DNA of 45,454 bases, counting the filler, from Sphacelaria rigidula (taxonomy: Eukaryota): assembly GCA_964200075.2 (NCBI GenBank). It is 2 parts of 2 records of this genome, joined end to end, with 100 filler letters (N's around TTAATTAATTAA, not from the genome) between each part and the next. Parts side by side here need not be neighbours in the genome. Positions count along the whole stretch, not along the records: positions 22,781 to 45,454 come from CAXNAA020000320.1; 1 more part is not named here. The stretch is one strand, 5' to 3'. Positions 35,301-45,454 of the stretch are shown here, in pieces (positions within the stretch are counted from its first letter, which is position 1; each line of letters starts with the position of its first letter). Under the pieces are notes generated by a model, which worked only from the letters and a program-made list of their open reading frames with translations, was not told the origin of the DNA and ran no database searches. A program made the position numbers and the translations under genes.

Positions 35301-38300
35301 AAGATGATTCCTTTTTTCAAGTTCCGTTTTGGAAAAGGGATTGCCCCCACAACGTCCAATTTGCGTGTTCTCGAGAAACAGATTGTTTCCAGCTCGACGT
35401 CCAGATGTGCATACCGGATCACACAAGTTTTAGAAATTCGTCGGTTCTTGAAGTGGTCGTTAGTCCAACATCTCTGTATTACCACAGAAAAGACGCAACA
35501 AGGCTACACGAAACCTACCCACCGAACCCCGAAGGAACACGCACAGTCACCCTCTACTCACGCGCGTAAGGTGCAGCGCAAGTCGTTGCCGATCTCCACG
35601 CGGCAATGCCTGCTTGACGAAAATTCATTCTGTATTATTGGATGAAAGGCGGTCGCGTGCGTGTGACATTTCAATCAAAAACGTGCCATTTTCGGCCGTT
35701 TGTGAGCGTGTACTTGCGTCTCACAAGTAATGGTTTCTCATGGAGTTCGCGAGAAATTTGAGGAAGGTCAAGCACAATGTGCAGAGCTATTTAGCAGCTA
35801 CGGCGTGGCCTGTGTTTTCGGTTTGCAGGGGCAGTGCGTTTTTCAGGCTCTTCTCTGGTTGCGTTGTGTTGTGTGAACCTTTGCATGTGCCCCTGTCAAT
35901 GGGACATCCATGTTCTCGCTGGAGATGTTCACAATTGTCCTAATCATTCTTGTAGCGACTGCAGGAGGTGTTTTTTCACGCCCTGAGACCGGTTCTCACG
36001 GTTGGTTTAAGGGGCGGGGGGCGTACTTAATCACTTGTGGGACATCTGACATGTTTTTTTTGCCGCTGACAACCATTGTGTTTCTCCCCAAAATAAGAAA
36101 ATTGATCTTTCGACTGAACTGGATAATAAATCTGCCCTCACACATCATATGCCGGGAGAAGTAACAACGGTCAGAAACTGCTCGAGAACTTGTCTAAGAA
36201 AGAAGTCAAACTCGCCGTCTAGAGCAGTCACGCAGTGATCCTGTTCGCCCCGATAGCAAATATACTTCTTTTGTCGGGTTCTCTTGGACCGCGGCCCGTT
36301 GGACTCCGTTGGGATCTATACAACAGCTGCAGGTCAATACCGTGTGAGAAACCATCGTAGGTCTATATTGTTGTGCCGCGAGGTAGCAGCCAGCTAGACA
36401 TCCCTATGGGGTCTCGTTTGTGTGCGGGGGATTCTCGAGGCCGCGGAAAGATACGGTGGAAATTTTCTAGGTCCTGTCATATTCTGCCGTGCGGTGGCGT
36501 CGAGGATGAGGTTTGACCGGCGGAGTGCGCTCGACAGTGGGCATATTATTAGGCAAAAAGCGGGTCGAGAAATAGGAAAACAGGGGGGCGGGACGGAAAT
36601 AGTAGATGGCGCTTGGTCGTTCCACCCCAACCTCGGACGACAGGTGGGCTCCTCCGCAGATCTTTCTGCCCGCGGCACTGTTTGGCCCATAGGCGCGCCC
36701 GAAAGTTCGTGAAAGTTGGTTCCTGTGCTTTGGTTAGGCCGTGGTGGACTTGCCTTCTCGTCAGGGTTGGATTTAGATCGATTTCAGAGAAGCACGGACA
36801 GACCCCGTACCTGCCTTTTGCCGCTACCCCGTTTTGGCTGGGGTGGGTCGACCCACTGTTCTCTTTTACTCTTTTTTATTGCGCGAGTTGTCACAAAATG
36901 AAATCTGTCGCATGCCCGTTGTGGCGAATGAATATTGCACGGTTTCGGGAATTCGATGTACCAATACAAGGATTTTTGATGCGATGACGCCACTCTGCGT
37001 TCGCTGCAGCTCACGATGACATCGCCGGTTGGTATTTGGTTTACAGCGACCTTATACGAATATACAGGTGCCATGGCAGCTGTGTTTCATGGGAGCCGCT
37101 CTGGCTGGAACGCTAAACAAACTTTGGAATGGGCTCAACCACTAGGCCTCAAGTTCCTGTCGTCTGCCCCTATGGTGGACTGGGTTTCTGCTTGCGTGCA
37201 GTCTCGGAAACCGAAAGGGGATTTGATATTCAGGTATGAGGGTTGTCTATTTCCTCGATGGTCATTCGGATCATTGATGTTAACCCTCAGACAGTGACCG
37301 TCGCTTCGGAACAGTTCCACAGGCTGACAGTCCAGGGACATCCAAGGGTTTCCAGGGGACAGGGGGTGATTTTTGACAGCGGGGGGTGGGGGCCTGTTAG
37401 CAGAACAGCCGAAAAGCTCACCATGTCAACCATGTGTGTTTGGATTTTTCGCACGGGAAATTGGTAGATGATACACGACCGAGACCCGAGAGGAGTGGAG
37501 AGATCATTTTTGATCGATCACGGCTATTAGAAAGGTTCACGTTGTTCCCCTACGGATGGACTACTGTACTACAGGTGAACTCCTTCGCTGTCTAGCCGTA
37601 TTTATCATTTTGGTCATAACAACCCAACCATAGATGCCATGGACATAAAGAACGCTCACGCGGCCATTTGGCTACCCCCGAAATTCCCCCAGGTGGGTAA
37701 AGTTTTCGAGACTCCAGAGGAATTAAACGCCTCCGGAGGGGTGAGCGGCCCTCCAGAGGAGATTTTTTGATTACCTCCAGAGGGAGTGAACGCTTACGGC
37801 GGCTTGTTTTTGCTTCTGGAGGGCCGCGCATTGGTCTAAATTCCTCCGGAGGGGTTTGCGGCCCTCCAGGCCGGTCATGTTTGGTTTTCTCCAGAGGGGT
37901 TGAAGGCCTCCGGAGGCTTGTTTTGCCTCTGGAGGGCCGCGCATCTCTCCGGAGGCATTTTGGGGCGTAGCCAAATGGCCGCGTGTGCGTGCTTTTTGCT
38001 CTGCTCGTGGTCTATGTCGTCTGCCTGATGCGACTCCTCATGTTTTGCCAGCGAAGCTTTCACACTGTGCAGTGTTGTTGAGAAACACTGAGCTCATCGG
38101 TAAATGTGTGCATGTGTCGAAAAAAGACTTTGGTTTATCTCAACATTCAAGTCACGCCTGCTCACATCTATGCGTATTGCTGGTCACCGTACGATGATCA
38201 TCAACCCCAATACGTATAGTGTACCGGAGAGACCTCGTAGCACAACGGCTGCCCGGCATGTAGAGCGCGTCCCGCCGTAGCAACAGCAGACGTCACTTAC

Positions 38301-41300
38301 AGGCATCCCCCACTTGCCTGCTAGTATGGATTCACAGCCTTCGAGCTCCCGTCATCTCGTTTCTCCTTGTGATGCGATGGCCATGAACCCGTGACGCGCC
38401 AGGCAGTTGTTCGAGAAGGAGTCGTCGACGTTCACGTACATCCTTGGAGATTCGGAGACCAAAGAGGCACGTTTATCATGCCGTATTTATGCTCTTGATA
38501 CTGCTGTGCAGACATACGAGTGACTACGTGACAGAAAAACTTGGTAATACTGTGCAGGCGTACTACTGTAACTTTTTAAAAGCTCGATCATGGATTCTGC
38601 TCAGAGCTTTAGTCCGCTGACTGTCCCGCGAGGTTTTAGGGGATTTTTCTGAAGGTGTAGATGGATACCAAAAGGACACGGGTGCTTGACAGAAGTGATG
38701 TAGAAGAAAGTGTATCCCATAGGCGTGCAACAGCTTTTTGTCATGGTTGAGAGAGGCGGGTGCACTTTTTTTGCTCTTGAGGATTATTCAGCTGTGAATA
38801 CTGCCGGATTCAGCAGCGCTGGGGCGATAGATACCCCCGCCACACATTTGATAGCCATCACGGCTATTTCCCACATATTAAACGATGGAGACCCGAGTGA
38901 TATCAACAAGCTGTTGCTTGTGGTGTTCCTCTGCCGCCTTTTCAACAGGCCATCCTAATTGACCCCGTGGATGTCACCGCCGAGCGTGACGCGGAGATGG
39001 TGGCGCAGATGGGTCTCGAGCTGAAGATGGCGCTCAACACGCACGTACATGCCGACCATGTGACTGGAACAGGAAAGCTCAAGACCATCGTGCCTGGCAC
39101 CAAGAGCGTTCTGTCAGAGGCGTCTGGGGGACGGGCGGATGTCAAGATTTCGGACGGAGACACTATTGTTTTCGGCTCGAGGTAAGGTTGGCATCGGTGG
39201 AACTTGGCGTTTTGATCTGCGTGCTTCGTCTTCCAGATAATGGAAAGAACTTTGAACAGCAGCAGTGTTCTTGCCTTGCTTCCTTTGCGCTCGTGAGTGA
39301 GAGCTCATGCCTACTAGCGTGGTTCCGACATAGCTGAGCCGCAATCTACTTCCACGGCTTCTGGGTTCGTTTTGTTCATGGGCATATCTGCGTCTTTGTT
39401 TCGCACACGTTTTTTTTTCCCCTGAGGCTATGCTCCGGAGCCCCGCCATTTCTAGGATAATTTCGTTATTCCCATTGGTACCTTTTTTTCGTTGTCGTTT
39501 TCGTTTTCGTTTTTTCCTGCTTTGTTATTTTTGCTCTGACGTTGTTTCCTCCCCATTTGTCTTCATCGAGTGTTTCTGATCCGTTTATCTTCGGTACGTC
39601 TATCTTGTGACCGCGGCTGGGTCCCTCGGGGGATAAGTTCACGTGCGACGACCAATCAATCAATCAATCGATCAATCAATCAATCGATCAATCGTGTATC
39701 GTATTGAGGCCTACCACGCCATTATGGTACGGGTTCGTGCTGCGGTTGCGACGCCTTTTAGTAGTTGAATAAGTGACGGAATGCGCCGGACTTTCGATCT
39801 CAACCGCCCGAGCTATTTTCGGATTTAATAGTCGGACGTTGGTGTACTGGTGTTGATATCATTATCCATTACTCTGACAAACCATGTAAACGCTTTTGCA
39901 GCGAATGCATCGGAACAGATACTGAGACGACAGCCATCGTGATCTGCATACCAAAGTTGTCCTCCATTCCAGTTTCTACTTGTTCTGGACACTCGTACGA
40001 GTTCGACCGCTTACGTGGTCACTCTTTAATGTTCACAACAGTTTTCTAATCACCCAATGCTCAAAGTTTCGACCGCGCTCTGAGTATAGGCCTCCTTGCA
40101 CATACACGCTTGGGCAGGTTCGTTGAGGCACGCACCACTCCTGGGCATACCGCCGGCTGCATGACATTTGTGCTGGATGACAAGAGCGCTTGCTTTACCG
40201 GAGATACGCTGCTCATTCGTGGATGCGGCAGAACTGATTTCCAGGTGTGGTTCCAAAGTCCATCGGCTTTTATGAGCGACCTGGCCAAATATTCCTAGAA
40301 TAGTTTGAGTGCGGGAGTCGTGTCCTCCTAGTAGTTCTGGGTTTGTGACCTGTTCAACGGTTAATGGTTCCTCTCCATTCTCTGATGAATGTCGTGCGTG
40401 TTGCCGACGCTTGCTGTGTTCTCAACGGTGAGGAGTGGTCGAATCTACTGTACGCCCAGGCACGTTTTGCGAAGAATACGTAACGTACGTGACTCGTGGT
40501 AACGTACATGACTCGTGTGTTCAACGGCCGATCATGTCTGTGGTGCAGAGGTGGGGGTTGCACAATATCCACCACATGCCGCCATTGCGTACGTTTGGGG
40601 ACTGTCGTCCGGTAGTCGCTGTGTTTGCTGGTGACCGAGTGTGTTTTGAAGACGAAAATGCTCGTGATGGCCCTCCGGATCGCGTTATTTCTACACAGCT
40701 AGCTCTCTAGATCCACCTCGGTGCCTTCGCTCACAGGCAGTGTTCCTCCTCTCACGAACCCAACATATCTGTGTGCTCGCACGATAGCTAAGCCCACGAC
40801 CAGGAAAACACTGATGAACGCCGCGGCGAAGGGCGCCGCACGTAGTGTCGAATGATTACCTTCGTTATTTGAACAACGTTCATGCTCACTGCAATGGGGG
40901 TACAGACGTGAAGTATAAAATAGTGCGTTGGGCAAATCGGCAACACCGTTCACTGGGATTATCTCATGGCAGGCCCCGGCACACGGGACGGGTTGCTGGC
41001 TTGACACGTTGCAGCTTTACTTGTCCTCAATCTCGCCTTGTTGGTCCTGCATCGTGCGACGTGTCGCTTCCCTCAGGGCGGCTCCAGCGAAACCCTCTAC
41101 GAGTCGGTGCACAGCAAGATTTTCACACTTCCGAACGACTGCAAAGTCTACCCCGCCCACGATTACAAGGTCGGTACCCTTGCTAATTTACTGGTTGTAG
41201 CGACTTTTAGGTAAGATGGCCGTGGCCTTTGTTAACGTCGATCATTTCGTGGTGGGAAGAACACAGCATGCTATTGTTGTTGAAATGCACCCAAACAAGA

Positions 41301-42128
41301 GATTCATGTAGCTTCACACGGGAAGGCGCACGTGCGATCATGCGATGTGATGATGGGAAGATGTCGTAGTTCACGTTGTTGGCACCAGCTTTAACATTTT
41401 GGTATCCTGTAATGGCTACTCCACCATTGCTCATACCAGCAACGATTGTGACCAATTTCCCCTTCACCCTAAACACACCAAGACTTTGTGAGTTGTCCGC
41501 ATTTCAGTGTTATCGCCTGGAAGTGTACGCCATGCGATTATCAATCCATTTTCGTAGACTATGTCTACGGTACTATAGGGTGTGTGAGGTCCACGCGTAC
41601 GTATTAAGATGCCTTCTTACGTGTGGACCGGCAGCTATCTTTGTCCGGGAGTAGTGATCTCGTCATGTTACCCAGCGTTTTTCGACAGCATATACTAGAT
41701 CTGGAGTGTTGGGCCACTAACTTTACTCGAGTGCTGTCCTCGGCCAAACGTTTCTGCCGCGCGACTATTTTATGCCGACATATTTGTACAAGCGTTGAGT
41801 TAGTCAGATGAAGTCGCCGTGTGCTGCTGTAATGACTCATTGCTGTTATCACTTCATTTTATTGTTGTGAACTGTCGACGGCACAAGGGAACCCTTTGAA
41901 GGGAAATATACTCAGTGACTTATTTCACCTGCTATCATTTGTCGGACGTTTGCCTCGCAGGGGCGGCACAACAGCACCGTGGGAGAGGAGAAAGCATACA
42001 ACTCCCGCCTCACGAAGTCAGTCGAAGAGTTTTGCGGAATCATGGGGGATCTTAGCCTGCCCTACCCCAAGATGATGGACAAGGCTGTACCGGCAAACAT
42101 GGCGTGCGGCTTTTGTGACGACCTGTGA
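32264..42128 (+). CDS. ETHE1: DUF442/Blh-like sulfurtransferase fused to ETHE1-type persulfide dioxygenase; 8 identified exons, 5' exon(s) not located
   Basis: Exons 32264-32382, 33003-33127, 37068-37233, 38403-38466, 38949-39181, 40118-40244, 41077-41169 and 41961-42128 splice in phase to 364 aa plus stop. MBL/ETHE1 motifs present: [75 protein letters not shown]. Confidence 0.9.
33003..33127 (+). CDS. Exon: DUF442-like active-site loop ([14 protein letters not shown])
   Basis: Acceptor gttcag, donor gtaggt. Contains a P-x4-C-x-S-x2-R (Cx4R) motif. Phases fit both neighbours. Confidence 0.82.
33290..33530 (-). mobile_element. SINE-like repeat, family B copy 2 (intronic)
   Basis: Homologous to 120-330. 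The minus strand carries box B GGTTCGATTCCC at about 33508-33519. Confidence 0.55.
34088..34132. repeat. (GGTAG)/(GGTAC)n pentanucleotide microsatellite
   Basis: Seen directly. Confidence 0.85.
37068..37233 (+). CDS. ETHE1: Exon: end of DUF442-like domain, linker and start of ETHE1 domain (...KPKGDLIFR)
   Basis: Acceptor tacag, donor gtatga. Ends with LIFR, which joins QLFE of the next exon. Confidence 0.88.
37320..38052. mobile_element. Dispersed repeat, family G copy 2 (intronic, interrupted by a MITE)
   Basis: Homology to 24502-24885 stops at about 37656 and resumes after 37985. Confidence 0.75.
37657..37985. mobile_element. MITE with 19-bp perfect TIR and CTCC(A/G)GAGG internal repeats
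   Basis: CACGCGGCCATTTGGCTAC / GTAGCCAAATGGCCGCGTG. Absent from the paralogous family G copy. Confidence 0.85.
38403..38466 (+). CDS. ETHE1: ETHE1 exon ([21 protein letters not shown]), GC donor
   Basis: Acceptor gccag. The only nearby in-phase donor is GAG|gcacgt. Confidence 0.9.
38949..39181 (+). CDS. ETHE1: ETHE1 exon with THxHxDH metal-binding motif
   Basis: AILIDPVD...[14 protein letters not shown]...VFGSR; caacag / gtaagg boundaries. Confidence 0.95.
39653..39693. repeat. (CAAT/CGAT)n microsatellite
   Basis: Seen directly. Confidence 0.9.
40118..40244 (+). CDS. ETHE1: ETHE1 exon ([18 protein letters not shown])
   Basis: Canonical motifs; ggcag / gtgtgg boundaries. Confidence 0.95.
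41077..41169 (+). CDS. ETHE1: ETHE1 exon ([19 protein letters not shown]...YPAHDYK)
   Basis: cctcag / gtcggt boundaries, phase 0-0. Confidence 0.95.
41961..42128 (+). CDS. ETHE1: ETHE1 terminal exon ([11 protein letters not shown]...[14 protein letters not shown])
   Basis: cgcag acceptor; ends in TGA. Confidence 0.93.
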   Translation, partial: GRHNSTVGEEKAYNSRLTKSVEEFCGIMGDLSLPYPKMMDKAVPANMACGFCDDL

Positions 42129-43004
42129 TCTACTAGAGGGTAGTGCCGTGAACTTGATATTACGATTCGGTTAGGTTCTTCCACCTCTAAGTGTATTGAA
42201 CTTCAGGTTTTCATAGACGAAAAGGATACTGGTGATTCTGATGGTGCCCAGCTGGGAGTTGAATTTGATTGCTGCCCCAAATTGTAAATACAGCGATTCT
42301 TTCTGATACCCATGTAACGATTGTTTCTATCCTTGTCCTTCTACGTTATGGAATGGGCAGTGCTGTGGTTGTTTCCTCTCTGTGGAATCACTCCCTCTAC
42401 GAACATGCGAGACAATCGGTTCACATACGTTGGGTTCACGTAGCTAGAGGACGCTAGAGTGATACGCACATCCTCAGCAGCAGTTCTTCGTCGATTGACC
42501 GGTGCACTTATTATCGCAATTTGACTGGTCCTTTTTGAATCCAGCCATGGTCACAATAATACACATGTACCCGAGGTAGATCAACAGAGGCACTTGTTCA
42601 AGGGACCTTGATCTCGAGAAAAGGGTAGAAACGCAAGATGAAGGAGAAAAATTACCGCACAACCTGACGTGAACGTCAAGCTATGAACTTACCACGATCC
42701 CAGGGAACCTAGGCAAGTCCTGGCAGGGCTTCAGATGAGAAGCCTTGAGATGTCGAAAAGCAAGCCGTGGAGGCAGGTAGCGACTCGCCTATCTGAAGAC
42801 CGGTATTGAGGGGCCTGCATATTCGTGCAAACTCCATTTGTCATCTCATGCAGTATCTGTCCTATTGTAAAACGGTGATTTCTTGACTCGTCCATTCTAT
42901 GTGGTGGTTCCCACATCACTCCCCCCCTCTCGTGAACCTCCTGGAGGTTTTTTGTGAGAAACCTTTTACGCCGGCTAGCGGTTGAAATGTTGCCTTTTAA
43001 TTGA

Positions 43005-43405
43005 ATTTTTCATTGGGGATGAGAACGCGGATAATTGAAATCTTCGTATCCACACCAAATCTTCGTAATATGGTTCCATTTCTTCATCTGCTGGTAGCTA
43101 TTGGAAGCTACTGCACACTATACAAATTTTGATTTCGATAACCCAAATGTTGGGGGCCTAGGTGAAAAACCAGTTTTGGGGTCCGATCGGATCACCAAAT
43201 TTTCCCAAAATGGGTTTTTCCCCTAGGACCTCAACATTTCGGTTATCAAAACCAAAATTTGCATGGCGTGTAGGTTTTGTCAATAGCCACCAGCAAGTGA
43301 AGAATGGAACCACATTTCGAATATTTGGTGTGGATACGAGGATTTTGATTCTCCGGGTTGCTCTCATTCTCAATAAAAAACCATCCCCAATTTGTAAAAT
43401 CCCCA
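43005..43405. mobile_element. Fold-back MITE, family F copy 3
   Basis: Same arms and centre (gtccgatcggatcacc) as copy 1 in reverse orientation; left terminus eroded. Confidence 0.8.
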
Positions 43406-44399
43406 CACGTGGACAGATAGCACCCTGTAGGACGTGCTGCACAGAGTTCTTCACAGTCTTTGTGAGAACTCCGGTACAGCATTTGCAAATGCAAACCCTA
43501 GTACCTCTACCAGCGTCTGGTATAGCGTTTTTCTCGACACACTCACTGTGAGCAACCCTGTGGAGTCACTCCCAATTTGAAAAATCCAAATTATTTTGTT
43601 ACAAGATCTGTCGAGTTATTTACTCAGCAGAAGCTGATCAAAATAAATCCTCTTTATGCCCAATTTACTATACTGGGCAAGAAAAGCATTTATTTCGGAC
43701 AGCTTTTGCTGTACAAATCCCATACGCTGGCAGAGTTGAAATTTTCCAATTTCAGCATGAAAAATGGTGTTGTCTTGGGCATTTTCTCATGTCATATTGT
43801 TTTCTTGTGACAGGAAACTTGTGACAGAAAAGTTTGATTTTTTTTTCAAAACTCTGGTTCCAACGCAGTCGTACAGCATCATAGATAGTACAACATGTTA
43901 CACTTAACACAAGACAGAAGTCCAACAGTGTGTAGTCCAATAGTGCACTACAGGTCCCCAACGCAGAGCACCAGAGGGGATGTCGCAGCAGGTGGCTGCT
44001 TGTGACGAAATTTTAGCATGGGACTGACCGTTGGCTTCCCGTCACTAGCAGCAGCTATGCTGGGTTCAATGCCATCACTAGCAGTAGCTCCGAAAGTGAA
44101 CCCTTGGGAGTGCACGGTGGGTCATCTGGGTCCTGTTTATATTTCGAGTTTTATATTCGTATGCCAATTCAATATATGCCAACGTAACACTGAAGGTTCG
44201 TGGCAGTGTGGGGATGATATACAGACGGCAGGCCGCATGTGGTGGTAGAAGTAGACTGCATAACCAAGAAACGGAAGAGCACAAGACAGTCACCATGGTG
44301 CTGTGTGTTCTAGTACACACCACACTCTCTCACGTGGCCTAGAACGGCTGAGTATACAGCAGCAATGCTTTTCTATTACCTATTTGTCGGAGTGCATTT

Positions 44400-45400
44400 T
44401 GTTGTGAGGTTGATGCCTGCCCTGGGCAGCTTGTTCACAATGAGTAAAGTACAAGTTGATTATGGGAAACAAAACGAGTGATCGTCGAAGGGATCAACCA
44501 ATCTCATCCGCAGCCTCGAGAACCACACACCAAGCCAATGTCCCGCGGGTTATCCTCTCTTTCGCTCGGGGTAGCGTTCCTTCCTACTGAAACTTCATAA
44601 GAAACGTATCTGACTACAATACTTCAATAATCCGAAACACATCCTACAATACTCCGAAAGACATGTGCAGATGCAGAACTGACCAACAAACTAATACCCT
44701 CCCTTGGGCATCTGCTACATCAACAAGTAGTCTTCTTTGATCAACTCTCAGAACTCTTGGCGAATATATCTTGCTTTATGCAACACCCAACAAACATTTT
44801 CGGTGTCGAGTAAAACCCCGACGAGGTAACGCTTTGGTCAAAATATCAGCGTGTTGCTCGTCACCCCGTTCATGATCCAACGTTATCCTCGATTTGTCCA
44901 CCAACTCCCTAGGAAAATGATGACGAAGATATATGTGCTTACTGTTTGACGAGCTTAATGGATTTTCAGCTAAAGCAATCGTACCCTCGTTGTCTTCCAA
45001 TGCCCTAATGGCCTCTGCTTTCCTATTGGGTAAGAGAAAATCCACAATTCCGTCTACAAACAGAGCTTCTTTCACACCATCCCCCATACTCTGCTTCCGT
45101 GGTCGAAAGTGTAACACTTTTCTGCATCCTAGAGTACCATGCTACTGGTTGTAATGCGTGAGAGGACCGCGTGCTTAGAGGACCGCGTCGTAGTTCAAAA
45201 TACCTCAGGATCGGCGTTTTTTAAAACCAATCGGGTCCCTCCCTGCAGGTACCACGCCCCCGACCCTAACCCCGACCCTAACCCTAACCCTAACCCTAAC
45301 CCTTACCATAGGGGTGTTCAAATCCCAATGCGGTCCTCTAAGCACGCGGTCCTCTCACGCATTACACTGGTGATCTATCACACAAAACTGCACCAAACAA
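44400..45400 (-). mobile_element. Ty1/copia LTR retrotransposon 3' end: RNase H, PPT and probable 3' LTR
   Basis: GAVLCDRSPVAWYSRMQKSVTLSTTEAEY/GDGVKEALF...EDNEGTIALAENP...SKHI..RHHF.RE...QHADILTKAL, with stop at 44776. Polypurine tract AAGGGAGGG (about 44697-44705) is followed by TATTAG; a possible LTR end ...ACAACA lies at 44400. Confidence 0.85.
45150..45366. mobile_element. Young MITE (TGT...ACA termini, Ginger-like) carrying telomeric repeats
   Basis: Perfect 37-bp TIRs (45150-45186, 45330-45366), perfect 5-bp TSD CTGGT and an internal (CCCTAA)n tract at about 45260-45305. Excision restores the copia frame S-P-V-A-W. Confidence 0.92.
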
Positions 45401-45454
45401 CAAATTGTGCGAATTGAGGTTTAACTCCGAGATGAGGTTCAAGCCTAAAACAGT

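Noticed and set aside
45260-45305. True chromosome end
   Set aside because: The tract is short and enclosed by MITE TIRs, with copia sequence on both sides.

Overview
Eukaryotic, intron-rich and transposon-dense DNA, most likely from a brown alga (Phaeophyceae). This is inferred from the EsV-1-7 repeats, TTAGGG telomeric tracts, long introns and LINE/SINE families. Two protein-coding genes are well supported. (1) An intronless minus-strand ORF (3330-5636) with 15 full 38-aa C-x4-C-x16-C-x2-H EsV-1-7-type repeats. The repeats have a hypervariable position, the tail has NLS-like and SUMO-like motifs, and the antisense frame is open across the array. (2) A plus-strand gene with at least 8 exons (32264-42128; first exon(s) not found) that fuses a DUF442/Blh-like sulfurtransferase domain (CKSANR) to an ETHE1-type persulfide dioxygenase; one intron is GC-AG. 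The rest is nested mobile DNA: RTE-like LINE and Ty1/copia relics, a Helitron-like helicase-endonuclease relic, tRNA-derived SINEs and several TIR elements with readable target-site duplications, including a young TGT...ACA MITE carrying telomeric repeats. An artificial 100-bp scaffold linker lies at 22681-22780, so the two halves may not be contiguous.
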